Below are positions 41,872-52,185 of a DNA stretch of 59,349 bases, one piece after another. Each line of letters begins with the position of its first letter. Position 1 is the stretch's first letter. The DNA is from Candidatus Thorarchaeota archaeon (GTDB lineage: Archaea; Asgardarchaeota; Lokiarchaeia; Sigyniarchaeales; SOKP01): NCBI GenBank assembly GCA_048882645.1, contig JBHLRJ010000004.1, forward strand, positions 1 through 59,349. The letters are read 5' to 3'. Below the pieces are notes generated by a model that saw only the letters and a program-made list of their open reading frames with translations, made no database searches and was not told the DNA's origin. The position numbers were made by a program, and so were the translations under genes.

Positions 41872-42311
41872 GGCCTACTCTTACTTTGGTTGTGATTGAT
41901 TCCAATTTTATTCTTTTACCCTTTCAATTTAAGGTTGACTATTTAAAGGAGATTAGAGGACATGTTGAAGGACAATTGAAATTTATTGTATTCCAACAAG
42001 TCTTAAATGAACTTGAAGCTAAGAAAAAAAGGGAACCGAATGCAACTAAATTCGATAGGTTACTAAATTCAGGCCTATCTTATCTAGAAAAAAATAAAGA
42101 AAATTATACCATTGACTTTATCGATAGTGTCAAAATGAAAGATGAGACTACAGATGATTTTTTATTACGTAAATCAATAGAATTAAAAGCCGAATCTAAT
42201 TCAGTATTTCTAGCTACAAATGATTCCAACTTACGAGCTAAATCAAGAGATTTGGGTATTAGCATTATCTTCCTACGACAAAAAAAGTATTTATCATTTG
42301 AAAGTGCTTAA
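41868..42311 (+). CDS. PIN-domain ribonuclease (Fcf1/Utp24-like)
   Basis: IDSNF, NELE, TDD and ATND motifs. Confidence 0.85.
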   Translation: MRPTLTLVVIDSNFILLPFQFKVDYLKEIRGHVEGQLKFIVFQQVLNELEAKKKREPNATKFDRLLNSGLSYLEKNKENYTIDFIDSVKMKDETTDDFLLRKSIELKAESNSVFLATNDSNLRAKSRDLGISIIFLRQKKYLSFESA

Positions 42312-42390
42312 CAAAATATAAATTAATAAACTTTGATTATTCATTTAGAATATATTTTTTAATTTTAGTTAATAGAGTTGAAGAAGAGAA

Positions 42391-42906
42391 ATGCGGAAAC
42401 GCAAAATATTAAAGGTTATTACTGCTGGTGAGGGCGGTGTAGGAAAAACAACTCTTCTTTATCGATATGTGGAAGATAAATTTCTGGCAGACACAAAAAT
42501 GACACTTGGTGTAGATTTTTTCATTAAAGAAGTTAATATTAACGGAGAAAAAATAGAATTACAAGTGTGGGATTTTGGAGGACAAGAAAGGTTTCGTTCC
42601 CTATTAGAAGATTATTCAAAAGGAGCTAGAGGAGCTCTTTTATTATTTGATCTTACTCGACCAGCAAGTTTAAACAATATTGAAGATTGGGTTAAAATTT
42701 GTAGGGATAGAAATCCAGAGATTCCGATTATCTTTTTAGGTACAAAATTAGATTTAATGGATGTGATTACAATCGAAGATAGATATGCGGATTATTTTAT
42801 GAACCGGTATAATTTTTTTAAATATCTGAAAATATCTTCTAAAACAGGTTATAATGTGAATTTAGCGTTTGAACTACTCACAAAGGAAATGATAAAAAAT
42901 CTTTGA
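42391..42906 (+). CDS. Rab-like small GTPase
   Basis: GEGGVGKT, TLG, WDFGGQERF, TKLD and SSK motifs; close paralogue of 41350-41871. Confidence 0.93.
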   Translation: MRKRKILKVITAGEGGVGKTTLLYRYVEDKFLADTKMTLGVDFFIKEVNINGEKIELQVWDFGGQERFRSLLEDYSKGARGALLLFDLTRPASLNNIEDWVKICRDRNPEIPIIFLGTKLDLMDVITIEDRYADYFMNRYNFFKYLKISSKTGYNVNLAFELLTKEMIKNL

Positions 42907-42923
42907 AAGCTTAATCCCTTAAA

Positions 42924-44111
42924 TCAGAGACGATTTGTAACAATTAACTTAATCTCTTCCCTGCTTAAGTTAACGGGATTATTTTTTAACCCTGCTTTTT
43001 CTATAATCTTTTCAACATCTTTAGTATCTATACTATATTTACCTAATCGGTCCAATTTTAATTCATGAGTCCATTTATCAAGAATCTCTATTAATTTTGA
43101 ACAATATTTATGAATTTGATCTCCTTCCACATATCCCTTACCATTTAATAATGCTCCAATTTCAGCGTGCTTCTTTAATCCTATTTTTCCCATAGATCCC
43201 TTTTCTTTCAATTTTTCAATATTCATTTTGGTGGCTTCAGCGAGAAGAGTACCACACACTATACCATGAGGAATATTAAAAAAGCCCCCAATTGGAGAAG
43301 CAAGCCCATGGATTATACCCAAACCAGCATTAGCAAGTGCAATACCAGATAAAAGGGATCCATACGCCATAGCTGCTCTCACCTCCATATTTGATGCTCC
43401 ATTTGAACTCGCTTTTAATAGATTAGCGCCAATGTATTTCATACCACTAATTGCTAAAGCATCTGTCATAGGATTTGCCTTAGAGGACACGTATGCTTCA
43501 AGTAGTTGCGTGAAAGCATCCATCCCGCATGCTGCTGAAACTGATGGAGGGCAGGAAAGCACTAATTGAGGATCTATTATTGCTATATTAGGCACTAGAT
43601 TATCATGCCGTAATGATTTTTTAAAACCATTAGGGCCAACTTCACTAATTACCGCGTTTTTTGTAGCTTCACTACCTGTACCAGAAGTTGTGGGAATTGC
43701 AATGTACGGGATTTTAGTTCCATCATGGACTTTATCACCTACGCCCTCTAAGTAGTCTTTAATGGAGTGTACTTTAGGGATCATTGCAGAAATTGCTTTA
43801 CCTGCATCAATAACGCTACCACCGCCAATACCAATCACTAGATCAATACTACTATTTCGAAATTTAGCTGTATTTTCATCAATTAGATTTGGAGAAGGTT
43901 CTCCGGATATCGATAAATAGGAATAATTGATAGATTTGTCTTTTATTGTGGAGATTATCTCATCCCATTTGCCTGACTCTTTAAGAGATTTTTCCCCAAT
44001 AATAAATAGTATGTTTTTACCGAATTTTGGTATAAAATTATATAATTCAAGTAGCTTTCCATTGCCAAAAATTATATATGGAATTCTTGAAAAATTAAAA
44101 GGGGGAATCAT
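42924..44111 (-). CDS. Iron-containing alcohol dehydrogenase
   Basis: GGGSVIDAGK, PTTSGTGSE, DAFTQ, HGLA and PHG motifs. Confidence 0.93.
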   Translation of the reverse strand: MIPPFNFSRIPYIIFGNGKLLELYNFIPKFGKNILFIIGEKSLKESGKWDEIISTIKDKSINYSYLSISGEPSPNLIDENTAKFRNSSIDLVIGIGGGSVIDAGKAISAMIPKVHSIKDYLEGVGDKVHDGTKIPYIAIPTTSGTGSEATKNAVISEVGPNGFKKSLRHDNLVPNIAIIDPQLVLSCPPSVSAACGMDAFTQLLEAYVSSKANPMTDALAISGMKYIGANLLKASSNGASNMEVRAAMAYGSLLSGIALANAGLGIIHGLASPIGGFFNIPHGIVCGTLLAEATKMNIEKLKEKGSMGKIGLKKHAEIGALLNGKGYVEGDQIHKYCSKLIEILDKWTHELKLDRLGKYSIDTKDVEKIIEKAGLKNNPVNLSREEIKLIVTNRL

Positions 44112-44294
44112 AACATTTACCTTCTATATTTTTGTACTGTTGTGAAATTAACTATTAGATTAAATTAATAATTTTAAAATTAAATGATTTTTATTTAAAA
44201 TATCAAACTTTGAATCTCTTTATAATAGGTAAGATTTATAATTTACGCTAGATAATTTGTTTTATACCATAAATTACACCTTTGGTGATCTACA

Positions 44295-44630
44295 ATCAAA
44301 AAAGTACATGAACAAGATTTTGAGTATAGAGGTGGGACTTCAGGAGTTAAATATTTAATGCGAGGCCCATCTATCGATTGGGGAGTTATTCTGTTGAAAC
44401 CCGGTGAATTAATGGGCGAGAAAGCACATGGACATAACATTATAGATGAAACCTTTTATTTTATGGAGGGGGATGGAGTTATGATTATAGACGATAAGGA
44501 ATATATAGCTCCTCAAGGTTCAGTCTTTCTTTTAGAGCCTAAAGAAATGCATAACATTCGAAATGATTCTGATAAACCAATAAAGGTTGTATTCATTAAA
44601 GGGGAATATAAACCTGATGATAAAATCTAA
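44295..44630 (+). CDS. Cupin-domain protein; probable ATC start
   Basis: HGH...E...H metal motif. The frame is open from ATC at 44295 (after TGA at 44286), with GGTGA upstream; the first ATG is at 44358. Confidence 0.8.
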   Translation: MKKVHEQDFEYRGGTSGVKYLMRGPSIDWGVILLKPGELMGEKAHGHNIIDETFYFMEGDGVMIIDDKEYIAPQGSVFLLEPKEMHNIRNDSDKPIKVVFIKGEYKPDDKI

Positions 44631-44662
44631 AATTAAATTAAAAGAAAGATCAAGGTAGAACT

Positions 44663-45040
44663 ATGGCAAAAAAAAAAGGAAAAGGAAAATCTAAGGGTAG
44701 GGATGCCGAAGAACCGGGTGTAACAAGAGTTAAGTATCCAAGTAAGAAATTAGGTGAAATTTTCGCTATTGTGATTGATATCCTCGGTGGCGATCGGATG
44801 AGAGTATTCTGCGAAGATGGACAATATAGAATAGGTCGAATTCGTGGAAAAATTAAAAAGAGGGTATGGATAAGGCGAGCTGACCTAGTCATCGTAAACC
44901 CGTGGGAATGGGAGACTCAAACCAAAGATGGATTAGGAAAGTGCGAAATCACTTGGAGATATACAAGAGCAGAGAGATCATGGCTTGAAAGAAATAATAA
45001 AATCCCTGAAATATTAGATATTAACAATATATCTTTCTAG
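44663..45040 (+). CDS. eif1a: Translation initiation factor aIF-1A
   Basis: LGGDRM.V.C.DG..R.GRIRGK.KKRVWI and I.WRYT motifs. Confidence 0.95.
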   Translation: MAKKKGKGKSKGRDAEEPGVTRVKYPSKKLGEIFAIVIDILGGDRMRVFCEDGQYRIGRIRGKIKKRVWIRRADLVIVNPWEWETQTKDGLGKCEITWRYTRAERSWLERNNKIPEILDINNISF

Positions 45041-45208
45041 TTGAGATTATTGTATTCAAATTTGTAATGTAATCAGTTTCATATATTCATGATGAGAATC
45101 CTTGATTGAAAGCAAAATTTTATAATTTAGTATTACCTAACTAGATTATACTTATTTTTCTTTTTAATTTATATAAAACCTAAATTCAAATGAGATTCGT
45201 GAAAAATA

Positions 45209-45967
45209 TTGACAGGCCAAGATGAAGATATAAAAGAAACTGAAAGGAAAGAAATGAAAATGGTAGAAATAATTCGGGATGAAATTGCAGATGAAAAGGA
45301 AGATTTAACCACTTTATTTGCTGTAAGAACAACTATTAATCAAGAAAGCAACATTTTGAACCAAATTTTCTATCGATTTAAGATCTTGGATGTGATTCCT
45401 GATATAAGAGCTATGCTAGTTTCTCCTTTATTACCTGGTTATATATTCTTTGAGGCACCTCAGAAGCGCGACGTGCAAATTGCTGTTCAAGGAATTCCTC
45501 ATATCAAGGGAAGGATCGTTCAAAATATTAAGTTAACTGAATTAAAGCATGTTTTACTACCCAGAAGTGTTACAGAATATTTAGAAGAAGGAGATACAGT
45601 TGAAATTATAAGTGGAGTGTTTGAAGGATCTCGAGCTATTGTTATGCGTATGCCTCATGAAAGTAGTAGTAGTGAAGAAGTAGTTGTGAGACTGCTTCAA
45701 GAAGAAACACCAATTACGATCAAGATTCACGGAGATTACTTAAAATTAGTAGAAAAGAAGAAACCTATGGAAGAACTTGTCCCTGAGATTACAGCTTCAG
45801 CTGAAATAATTACGGATATTGAAAAATCCATTACTTTCGAAGATGAATTCGAAGAATTTGAAGAAGAGTATCCAGAAAGCGTTAAAAGTAATAATGTAAT
45901 AGATTATGAGGAAGAAGAAGAAGAAGCTGAAGAAGAAGATGAATGGGCCAAATTCGATGGCTTTTAA
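45209..45967 (+). CDS. spt5: Transcription elongation factor Spt5 (NGN + KOW) with an acidic tail
   Basis: FAVRTT..QE, PGYIFFEA and the KOW motif GDTVEIISGVFEG. Confidence 0.9.
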   Translation: MTGQDEDIKETERKEMKMVEIIRDEIADEKEDLTTLFAVRTTINQESNILNQIFYRFKILDVIPDIRAMLVSPLLPGYIFFEAPQKRDVQIAVQGIPHIKGRIVQNIKLTELKHVLLPRSVTEYLEEGDTVEIISGVFEGSRAIVMRMPHESSSSEEVVVRLLQEETPITIKIHGDYLKLVEKKKPMEELVPEITASAEIITDIEKSITFEDEFEEFEEEYPESVKSNNVIDYEEEEEEAEEEDEWAKFDGF

Positions 45968-46192
45968 TTTATGAATTGCTTCATTCCGTTATTTATTTCA
46001 TATTAAGAATGTTGTTCATCTTTAAATCGCAACTTTTGTGATTTATTATCGTAAGATTTAGTTTGTTGATAACCTATTATTTGCTGCGCTTACTTCAAGA
46101 ATACAAATAATAAGAGGATTTTTATACCTTGATTTTTTTTAAAGAAATAATAAGGTTAAGTAAAATCATAAGAATAGAATATTTTGAGTTGA

Positions 46193-46945
46193 ATGATCAA
46201 AAATATCTTCATAATGAAAGGAAACACTGGAGAATTAATCTTTTATAAAACCTATGAAGATATTTTTAACGTAAAGTTAACAAGTAGTTTTTTAAGTGCA
46301 ATTTTTTCATTTGTAAAACAAACTCTCAAAACCGAAGAATTATCCGCAATAGAAGTTGGTTTATTTCGTTTTATATTCGAAATTGAGAAAATTAAAAATG
46401 ATGAACTGCTTTTTGCTTTATTCAGTGATCGAACAGATAACTTAGTGGAACTAAGAAACCAATTACGAGAAATAAAAACCCAATTCTTACAAAAGTTTGA
46501 TCTAAATCTGTTAACTGATAATTATGATGGTGAAATAACGAAATTTCTTGATTTTGAGAGAAATGTGGATAGTGTGATGGAAAATGGGAATCAAATAGTA
46601 TCTGAGGAAATTCAAAAAGACTTATTGGATATATTTAATGAATTGCACACTTTTTCTTCTTTTGTAGTAGCTTCCGGTTTATTAACTCAAACAGGGAGGG
46701 TAATTGTATCAAATTTAGAAGATGATATCCTTCAAGAAATTATTCGCCTTTTAGAGGGTAGATTTCTTTCAGGGAATTATAGAGTCAATGAATTGATCTC
46801 TTTAGAGAAGTTTGGGGTTCTCTCATTAATAGGAATCAGTCAACATTTTATTTCAGTTATTCAATTTAAGAAAAATTGCCCATTTGAAACGGGACTTGTC
46901 ATTTCTAAAAGATTTTCAAATCGGTTGCAAAAGTTAATATGTTAA
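46193..46945 (+). CDS. Longin + roadblock-like fusion protein
   Basis: N-terminal IKNIFIM...LTSSFLSAIFSF (longin-like) and C-terminal ASGLLTQTGRVIVSNL (roadblock-like). Confidence 0.6.
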   Translation: MIKNIFIMKGNTGELIFYKTYEDIFNVKLTSSFLSAIFSFVKQTLKTEELSAIEVGLFRFIFEIEKIKNDELLFALFSDRTDNLVELRNQLREIKTQFLQKFDLNLLTDNYDGEITKFLDFERNVDSVMENGNQIVSEEIQKDLLDIFNELHTFSSFVVASGLLTQTGRVIVSNLEDDILQEIIRLLEGRFLSGNYRVNELISLEKFGVLSLIGISQHFISVIQFKKNCPFETGLVISKRFSNRLQKLIC

Positions 46946-47099
46946 TATATGTACAAAAAATGAATTGTAATAACTATAATATAATTATCCTTTTTAAAAA
47001 AAGAGACAATATTACTAATATCATAAATCTCATTACATAAATTAAAAAACTAATTTTCTTTTTTCACTAGTGTAGTTATTTATTTAATTAATCTTAAAT

Positions 47100-48404
47100 A
47101 TGCAAGGTGGGGATATAATAATGCCTAAGTATGTGGATCAAGTCATAAATGATGAAATTTTAGAAAAGCTTAGTCTCAAAAATCGTTACAATTTCATCAA
47201 TACTAATTTGATGCCAATTTTATCTCAAGAACAATTTTCTTTCTTCAAGAAAGTCCAAAAGTTTTGTATGAGATTCGAAAAAAAAAATAATATTACACAT
47301 GGTCCAGAAGAAGATGTGTATGATTGGATTCCCGCATTTGGGGCTGAAGGATATATTACTCGAGCACATAATTTTGAAATGATTGATATTAATTATGAAT
47401 ATTGGGGAGCTGTGGCCGATTTCCTTCGCTATCTAGCAATAGATATGTTTGATACTCAATATGCGATGGGAAGCGGAGCAACTGTTTTAGCAATAAATCC
47501 AATTATTGAACACCATGAAAATGTTCCAGAGAGACTTGAAGCTTTAAAAGATCTTGTTACAGGTAAGGCTCCTGGGTGTATATGCATAACAGAACCAGAA
47601 AGAGGATCTGATGCAGTACATCAATTAACAGTTTGTGAAGAACAAGAAGATGGAAGTTTTATATTGAATGGTGAAAAAGTGTATAACACTAACGCTCCAA
47701 AATCAAAATGGGCTGTCGCATATGCTACGGCAGAACAAAATAATGGAAATTTGATGGCTCAATTTCTGATTAATACATCATGGGAAGGATGGATCTGTGA
47801 TAGAGTAAATATACCTTATGTTCCAAAACTTTTCCTTGGACACGAGCGTTTTATAAATCTTAGAGTGCCTAAAGAATATGTTTTGGGAGGTGTTGGCAAG
47901 GGAAGAGAACATCTTTTTGAAGGATTAGTTCCTGAAAGAATTGGTATTGCTTGTGGAGCTATATCTCAATGTTGGGGAGCATTATCTCACGCCACTATAT
48001 ATGCGAATATGAGAAAGCAATTTGATCAAGAAATTCTTAAATTCCAAGGCGTGGGATTCTTATTAACTGATCTATGGGCGAGAGCTACCAACATAACACT
48101 TGGATTATTAAAATTCTGTGAAGCCTATGACGAAAAAATGGAAAAATTCGAGGGAAAAATCCCTGGGAACATATCACGAGCAATGGTGGCAAGCGCTTCC
48201 CAGTTTAAATATCATTGCACTCTTTTATCAAAAGAAATATGTTATGAAGCGGCTAACTTAATGGGAGGAGCTGGTTTAAGTGATAATACTATGATGCAAG
48301 ATTATGTAAATATTTCTAGAATACAGGAAATTTTGGGAGGATCTCGGCAAATTCAGCAATATATAATGTCAATGGCATTAAGACAATTGTTTAAAATGCT
48401 CTAA
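47100..48404 (+). CDS. Acyl-CoA dehydrogenase
   Basis: ITEPERGSDA, LNGEK..TN, R.QF, MGGAG and EILGG motifs. Confidence 0.92.
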   Translation: MQGGDIIMPKYVDQVINDEILEKLSLKNRYNFINTNLMPILSQEQFSFFKKVQKFCMRFEKKNNITHGPEEDVYDWIPAFGAEGYITRAHNFEMIDINYEYWGAVADFLRYLAIDMFDTQYAMGSGATVLAINPIIEHHENVPERLEALKDLVTGKAPGCICITEPERGSDAVHQLTVCEEQEDGSFILNGEKVYNTNAPKSKWAVAYATAEQNNGNLMAQFLINTSWEGWICDRVNIPYVPKLFLGHERFINLRVPKEYVLGGVGKGREHLFEGLVPERIGIACGAISQCWGALSHATIYANMRKQFDQEILKFQGVGFLLTDLWARATNITLGLLKFCEAYDEKMEKFEGKIPGNISRAMVASASQFKYHCTLLSKEICYEAANLMGGAGLSDNTMMQDYVNISRIQEILGGSRQIQQYIMSMALRQLFKML

Positions 48405-48492
48405 ATTCTTAATTCTTTCTTTTTCTTTTTTTAAAACTCCTTATAATTCATATAATATTATTTAAAACTAAATCATTTGTGGTAGTTTAAAC

Positions 48493-50748
48493 ATGGAAGA
48501 ATTACTTAATATTGCTAAAAATGCTTTTCCGTTAACATCGGGAAGTGAAGAAATAAAGGGAATTAAGGAAGACGTTGAAATATTATGGGACAAATGGGGT
48601 ATCCCGCATATTTTTGCGAAATCATTAAATGATCTATTTTTTGCTCAAGGTTTTATTCATGCAAGTTATAGACTATGGCAAATGGAATTTTTCCGTCGAG
48701 TAGTTTCTGGAGAATTATCTGAATTAGTTGGAGAAACCACACTAAACAGAGATAAGCATTATAGAATTATTGGATTGCATCGAATTGCTAAGAGATGTGC
48801 TAAGGAAATATCTAGTAATCCCAATAGCGTGATTTTTCAAGCAGTAAATTCATATGTAAAGGGCGTGAATGCATATATTGATAAAGCAAAAGAATACCTC
48901 CCTCTCGAATTTAACATTCTCAATATAACTCCAAACGAATGGAAATTAGAAGATACATTGAAAATTGTTAGTTTGATTGAGTGGGGATTAGGAAATGGAA
49001 GCTATCCATTAGAAATCTTACGTGAGCATTTAATTCAAAAATTAGGAACACAAATGGCAGAAAGAGTTTTTCCACTTTACTCAGGAGTAAATTCAGATCA
49101 ACCTCTGGGTAGCAATTCATGGGCTATAAAACCGAGTAAATCTGAGACAGGTGCAGTATTGTTGGCTAGTGATCCACATTTAACACTTACGGTGCCAGCT
49201 ATTTGGATGTTTGTCCATCTAAATTGCCCAGAATTAAATGCAATAGGAACTTCTTTCCCAGGTACACCTGTTTTGCCTATTGGTCATAATGAAAATATAG
49301 CTTGGGGAGTCACTAATGGATCAGCTGATACTGTAGATCTTTTTAGATTAGAGCTAAATCCAGAAAAGCAAAACCAATATAAATACAACGATAAATGGAT
49401 GGATTTTGAAATATTAGAGGAACCAATAAAAATTTCTGGCAAAGAGGAATTAGTTCCCTTTACAGTGAAAAATACTGTTTTTGGACCTGTTGTCGAATAT
49501 ATTGAATTAACGACAGCTGTACATAAAATTAATCTTCCTGAAAAATTTGCTTTAAGATGGTCAAGTTTTGGTGCAAAACTAGAAGAAACATTAGAAGGTT
49601 TTTTACTAATTAATACTGCTTCAAATTGGAAGGAATTTCGTAAAGGATGTAGTATGTTAACAATTTCACCACAAAATTTTATTTATGGTGATAAGGAAGG
49701 CAATATCGGTCATCAACAAGCAGGAAAGCTTCCTATGCGGAAGCATGGAAATGGAGCGACCATAACTCCAGGTACCGATGAGAAATTTAACTGGAGAGGT
49801 TTGGCACCATTTGAAAAAATGCTTTCAATTTATAATCCTGACCATGGTTTTGTCTACACAGCAAATTACAACGAGGATAAAGCCCCAAATGGGGTACTTA
49901 TTAATCTGGATGGAGTAAAACCTTACCGTCAAATTAGATTAAAAAAACTACTCCAATCTAAAGAAAAATTTTCATTACAAGATTTTCAAAACTTCCAGTT
50001 TGATTATTTTACCGAAGAAGCTGCGGAACTATTGCCCAAAATCCTAAAAATAGTGAAACCTAAGATTTTATCAGATTTACATAAGGAAATTATAGCATTA
50101 TTAGAAAAATGGGATTTTTTCTTATCAAAAAAAACAGTAGCCGGAACCATTTATAAAATTTGGTGTCAAGAAATATTTAAAGCTATCTTAACTCCTCTCA
50201 TTGGGGAAGAACTATTCAATATCTATTTTGAAATATTTCCTTTTGAGCTTACAAGGTTATTCAAATTATATGAGGAAAGAAGTGAAGAACTTAGAGATCT
50301 CCTTCTTGAAACACTAAATAAAACAATAAGCTTTCTTACAAAGAAAATCTCTTCTGATCATCATAAATGGCAATGGGGTAATCTCCATAAACTCATTTTG
50401 ACTCACCCTTTCTCTCAAGCTAATGAAGCAGCAAAGGTCTTAAATATTGGACCCTTTAAAGTCGGTGGTGACCCAAATACACTAAATAATGGATATTTCA
50501 GTACTCAAAATAACTATGAGGTAGTAGTAGGGCCGTCAATGCGTCAAATTCATGATTTATCAGATTGGGACAAGTCTCTTGGAGCTCTTCCTGGAGGTCA
50601 GTCGGGATTATCATTTCATAAGCATTATAAAGATTTAATGAAATTATATGTGAGGGGGCAATATTTTCCTCTACTCTTCACAAAAGGAGCTATATCAAAA
50701 AGTTTGGAAGGAAAGTTTAGATTAATCCCTATACTAGAAAGAGACTAA
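48493..50748 (+). CDS. Penicillin acylase family (S45) Ntn amidase
   Basis: DKWGIPHI, RLWQM, the GSNSW nucleophile site, DPHL, TAN and GQSG motifs. Confidence 0.92.
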   Translation: MEELLNIAKNAFPLTSGSEEIKGIKEDVEILWDKWGIPHIFAKSLNDLFFAQGFIHASYRLWQMEFFRRVVSGELSELVGETTLNRDKHYRIIGLHRIAKRCAKEISSNPNSVIFQAVNSYVKGVNAYIDKAKEYLPLEFNILNITPNEWKLEDTLKIVSLIEWGLGNGSYPLEILREHLIQKLGTQMAERVFPLYSGVNSDQPLGSNSWAIKPSKSETGAVLLASDPHLTLTVPAIWMFVHLNCPELNAIGTSFPGTPVLPIGHNENIAWGVTNGSADTVDLFRLELNPEKQNQYKYNDKWMDFEILEEPIKISGKEELVPFTVKNTVFGPVVEYIELTTAVHKINLPEKFALRWSSFGAKLEETLEGFLLINTASNWKEFRKGCSMLTISPQNFIYGDKEGNIGHQQAGKLPMRKHGNGATITPGTDEKFNWRGLAPFEKMLSIYNPDHGFVYTANYNEDKAPNGVLINLDGVKPYRQIRLKKLLQSKEKFSLQDFQNFQFDYFTEEAAELLPKILKIVKPKILSDLHKEIIALLEKWDFFLSKKTVAGTIYKIWCQEIFKAILTPLIGEELFNIYFEIFPFELTRLFKLYEERSEELRDLLLETLNKTISFLTKKISSDHHKWQWGNLHKLILTHPFSQANEAAKVLNIGPFKVGGDPNTLNNGYFSTQNNYEVVVGPSMRQIHDLSDWDKSLGALPGGQSGLSFHKHYKDLMKLYVRGQYFPLLFTKGAISKSLEGKFRLIPILERD

Positions 50749-50823
50749 AAAACATTAACGCCAAAAAACTAAAAAAGCAAAATTATTTAGAATGCACATT
50801 ATAGAAATAAAATAAATGAAAAA

Positions 50824-52125
50824 TTGGTAAAAATGAGTGAAAAGAAACGATATGAAACTCAAGTTATTAATGATGAGATTTTGGAAAAAATGAGCCTTGA
50901 GAACAGATACAAATTCGTAAATGATAATTTGAGTTCAATTCTTTCGGAGCAACAATTTGTATTTCTTAATCAGGTGCAGAAATTTTGTTTAAATTATGAA
51001 AAAGATCACAAAATAACTCATGGACCTGATGAGGATATTTATGATTGGGTTCCAGATTTTGGGAAAGAAGGTTATATTACCCGTCAGACTCCTTATGCAT
51101 GCATTGACTTAAATTATGAGGATTATGGCATGGCTATTGAATTTATGAGAATCTTGGCTTTAGATAATTTTGATCCTCAATTTGCTATGAGTACTGGTGC
51201 CACTGTTATTTGCCTTAATCCAATCTATGCTCATCACGAAAATATACCTGTGAGACTACAAGCCTTAAAAGAGCTAGTTACTGGGGAAGAAGTAGGATGT
51301 TTACTAATTACAGAACCGGAACGGGGATCGGATGCGGTTCATCAGTTAACTACATGTACTGAGCAAGAGGATGGATCTTTCCTATTAAACGGAACTAAAA
51401 TTTTTAATACCAATGCCCCCAAGTCAAAATGGGCTGTAGCTTATGCTACAGCAGAGCAAAATCAAGGAAATTTAATGGGACAGTTTTTAATTAATACATC
51501 TTGGAATGGGTGGAATTGCCAGCGAGTAGGAATACCTTGGACACCCAAATTATTTATTGGAAAAGAGCGTCTTGAAAATCTTAAAGTGCCAAAAGAATAT
51601 ATATTGGGGGGAATTGGTAAAGGTAGAGAGCACCTTTTTGAAGGATTGATTCCAGAGAGAATTGCTATTGCTGTAAGATGTGTAAGTGCGTGTTGGGGAG
51701 CTTTAGCCCATGCTGTTATTTATGCCAATATGAGGAGGCAGTTTGATAAGGAGATTTTACTGTTTCAAGGAGTCGGATTTACATTGGCAGATTTGTGGGC
51801 TAAAACAACGGCATTAACTCATGGAGTTTTGAAATTTGCGGAGACGTATGATGAAAAAAATGAAAAATATAAAGGAAGATTACCAGAACCGTTAGCTCAA
51901 TCAATGGTATCCTCAGCTAGTCAATACAAATATAATAGTGCTAATTTAGCAAAAACTGTTTGCTTTGAAGCCGCAAACCTGATGGGAGGTGCAGGTGTAT
52001 GTGATAATACTCTAATGCAGGATTACATAAGCGTATCACGAATACTAGAAGTTGTTGGTGGTACAAAACAAGTACAACAGCTCATTATGTCTAGAGGACT
52101 CAGGAGATTATTCAAGAATTTATAA
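50824..52125 (+). CDS. Acyl-CoA dehydrogenase (paralogue of 47100-48404)
   Basis: Same motifs, and clearly similar to the first copy along its length. Confidence 0.92.
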   Translation: MVKMSEKKRYETQVINDEILEKMSLENRYKFVNDNLSSILSEQQFVFLNQVQKFCLNYEKDHKITHGPDEDIYDWVPDFGKEGYITRQTPYACIDLNYEDYGMAIEFMRILALDNFDPQFAMSTGATVICLNPIYAHHENIPVRLQALKELVTGEEVGCLLITEPERGSDAVHQLTTCTEQEDGSFLLNGTKIFNTNAPKSKWAVAYATAEQNQGNLMGQFLINTSWNGWNCQRVGIPWTPKLFIGKERLENLKVPKEYILGGIGKGREHLFEGLIPERIAIAVRCVSACWGALAHAVIYANMRRQFDKEILLFQGVGFTLADLWAKTTALTHGVLKFAETYDEKNEKYKGRLPEPLAQSMVSSASQYKYNSANLAKTVCFEAANLMGGAGVCDNTLMQDYISVSRILEVVGGTKQVQQLIMSRGLRRLFKNL

Positions 52126-52185
52126 TGATTCTCTTATTTTTAAATTAAAAGGAAAAAAAAGTTTTAATTTATATTTAAAAATAGG

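Noticed and set aside
45085-45115. Box C-like ATGATGA between aIF-1A and spt5
   Set aside because: No downstream box D (CTGA) at a suitable distance.
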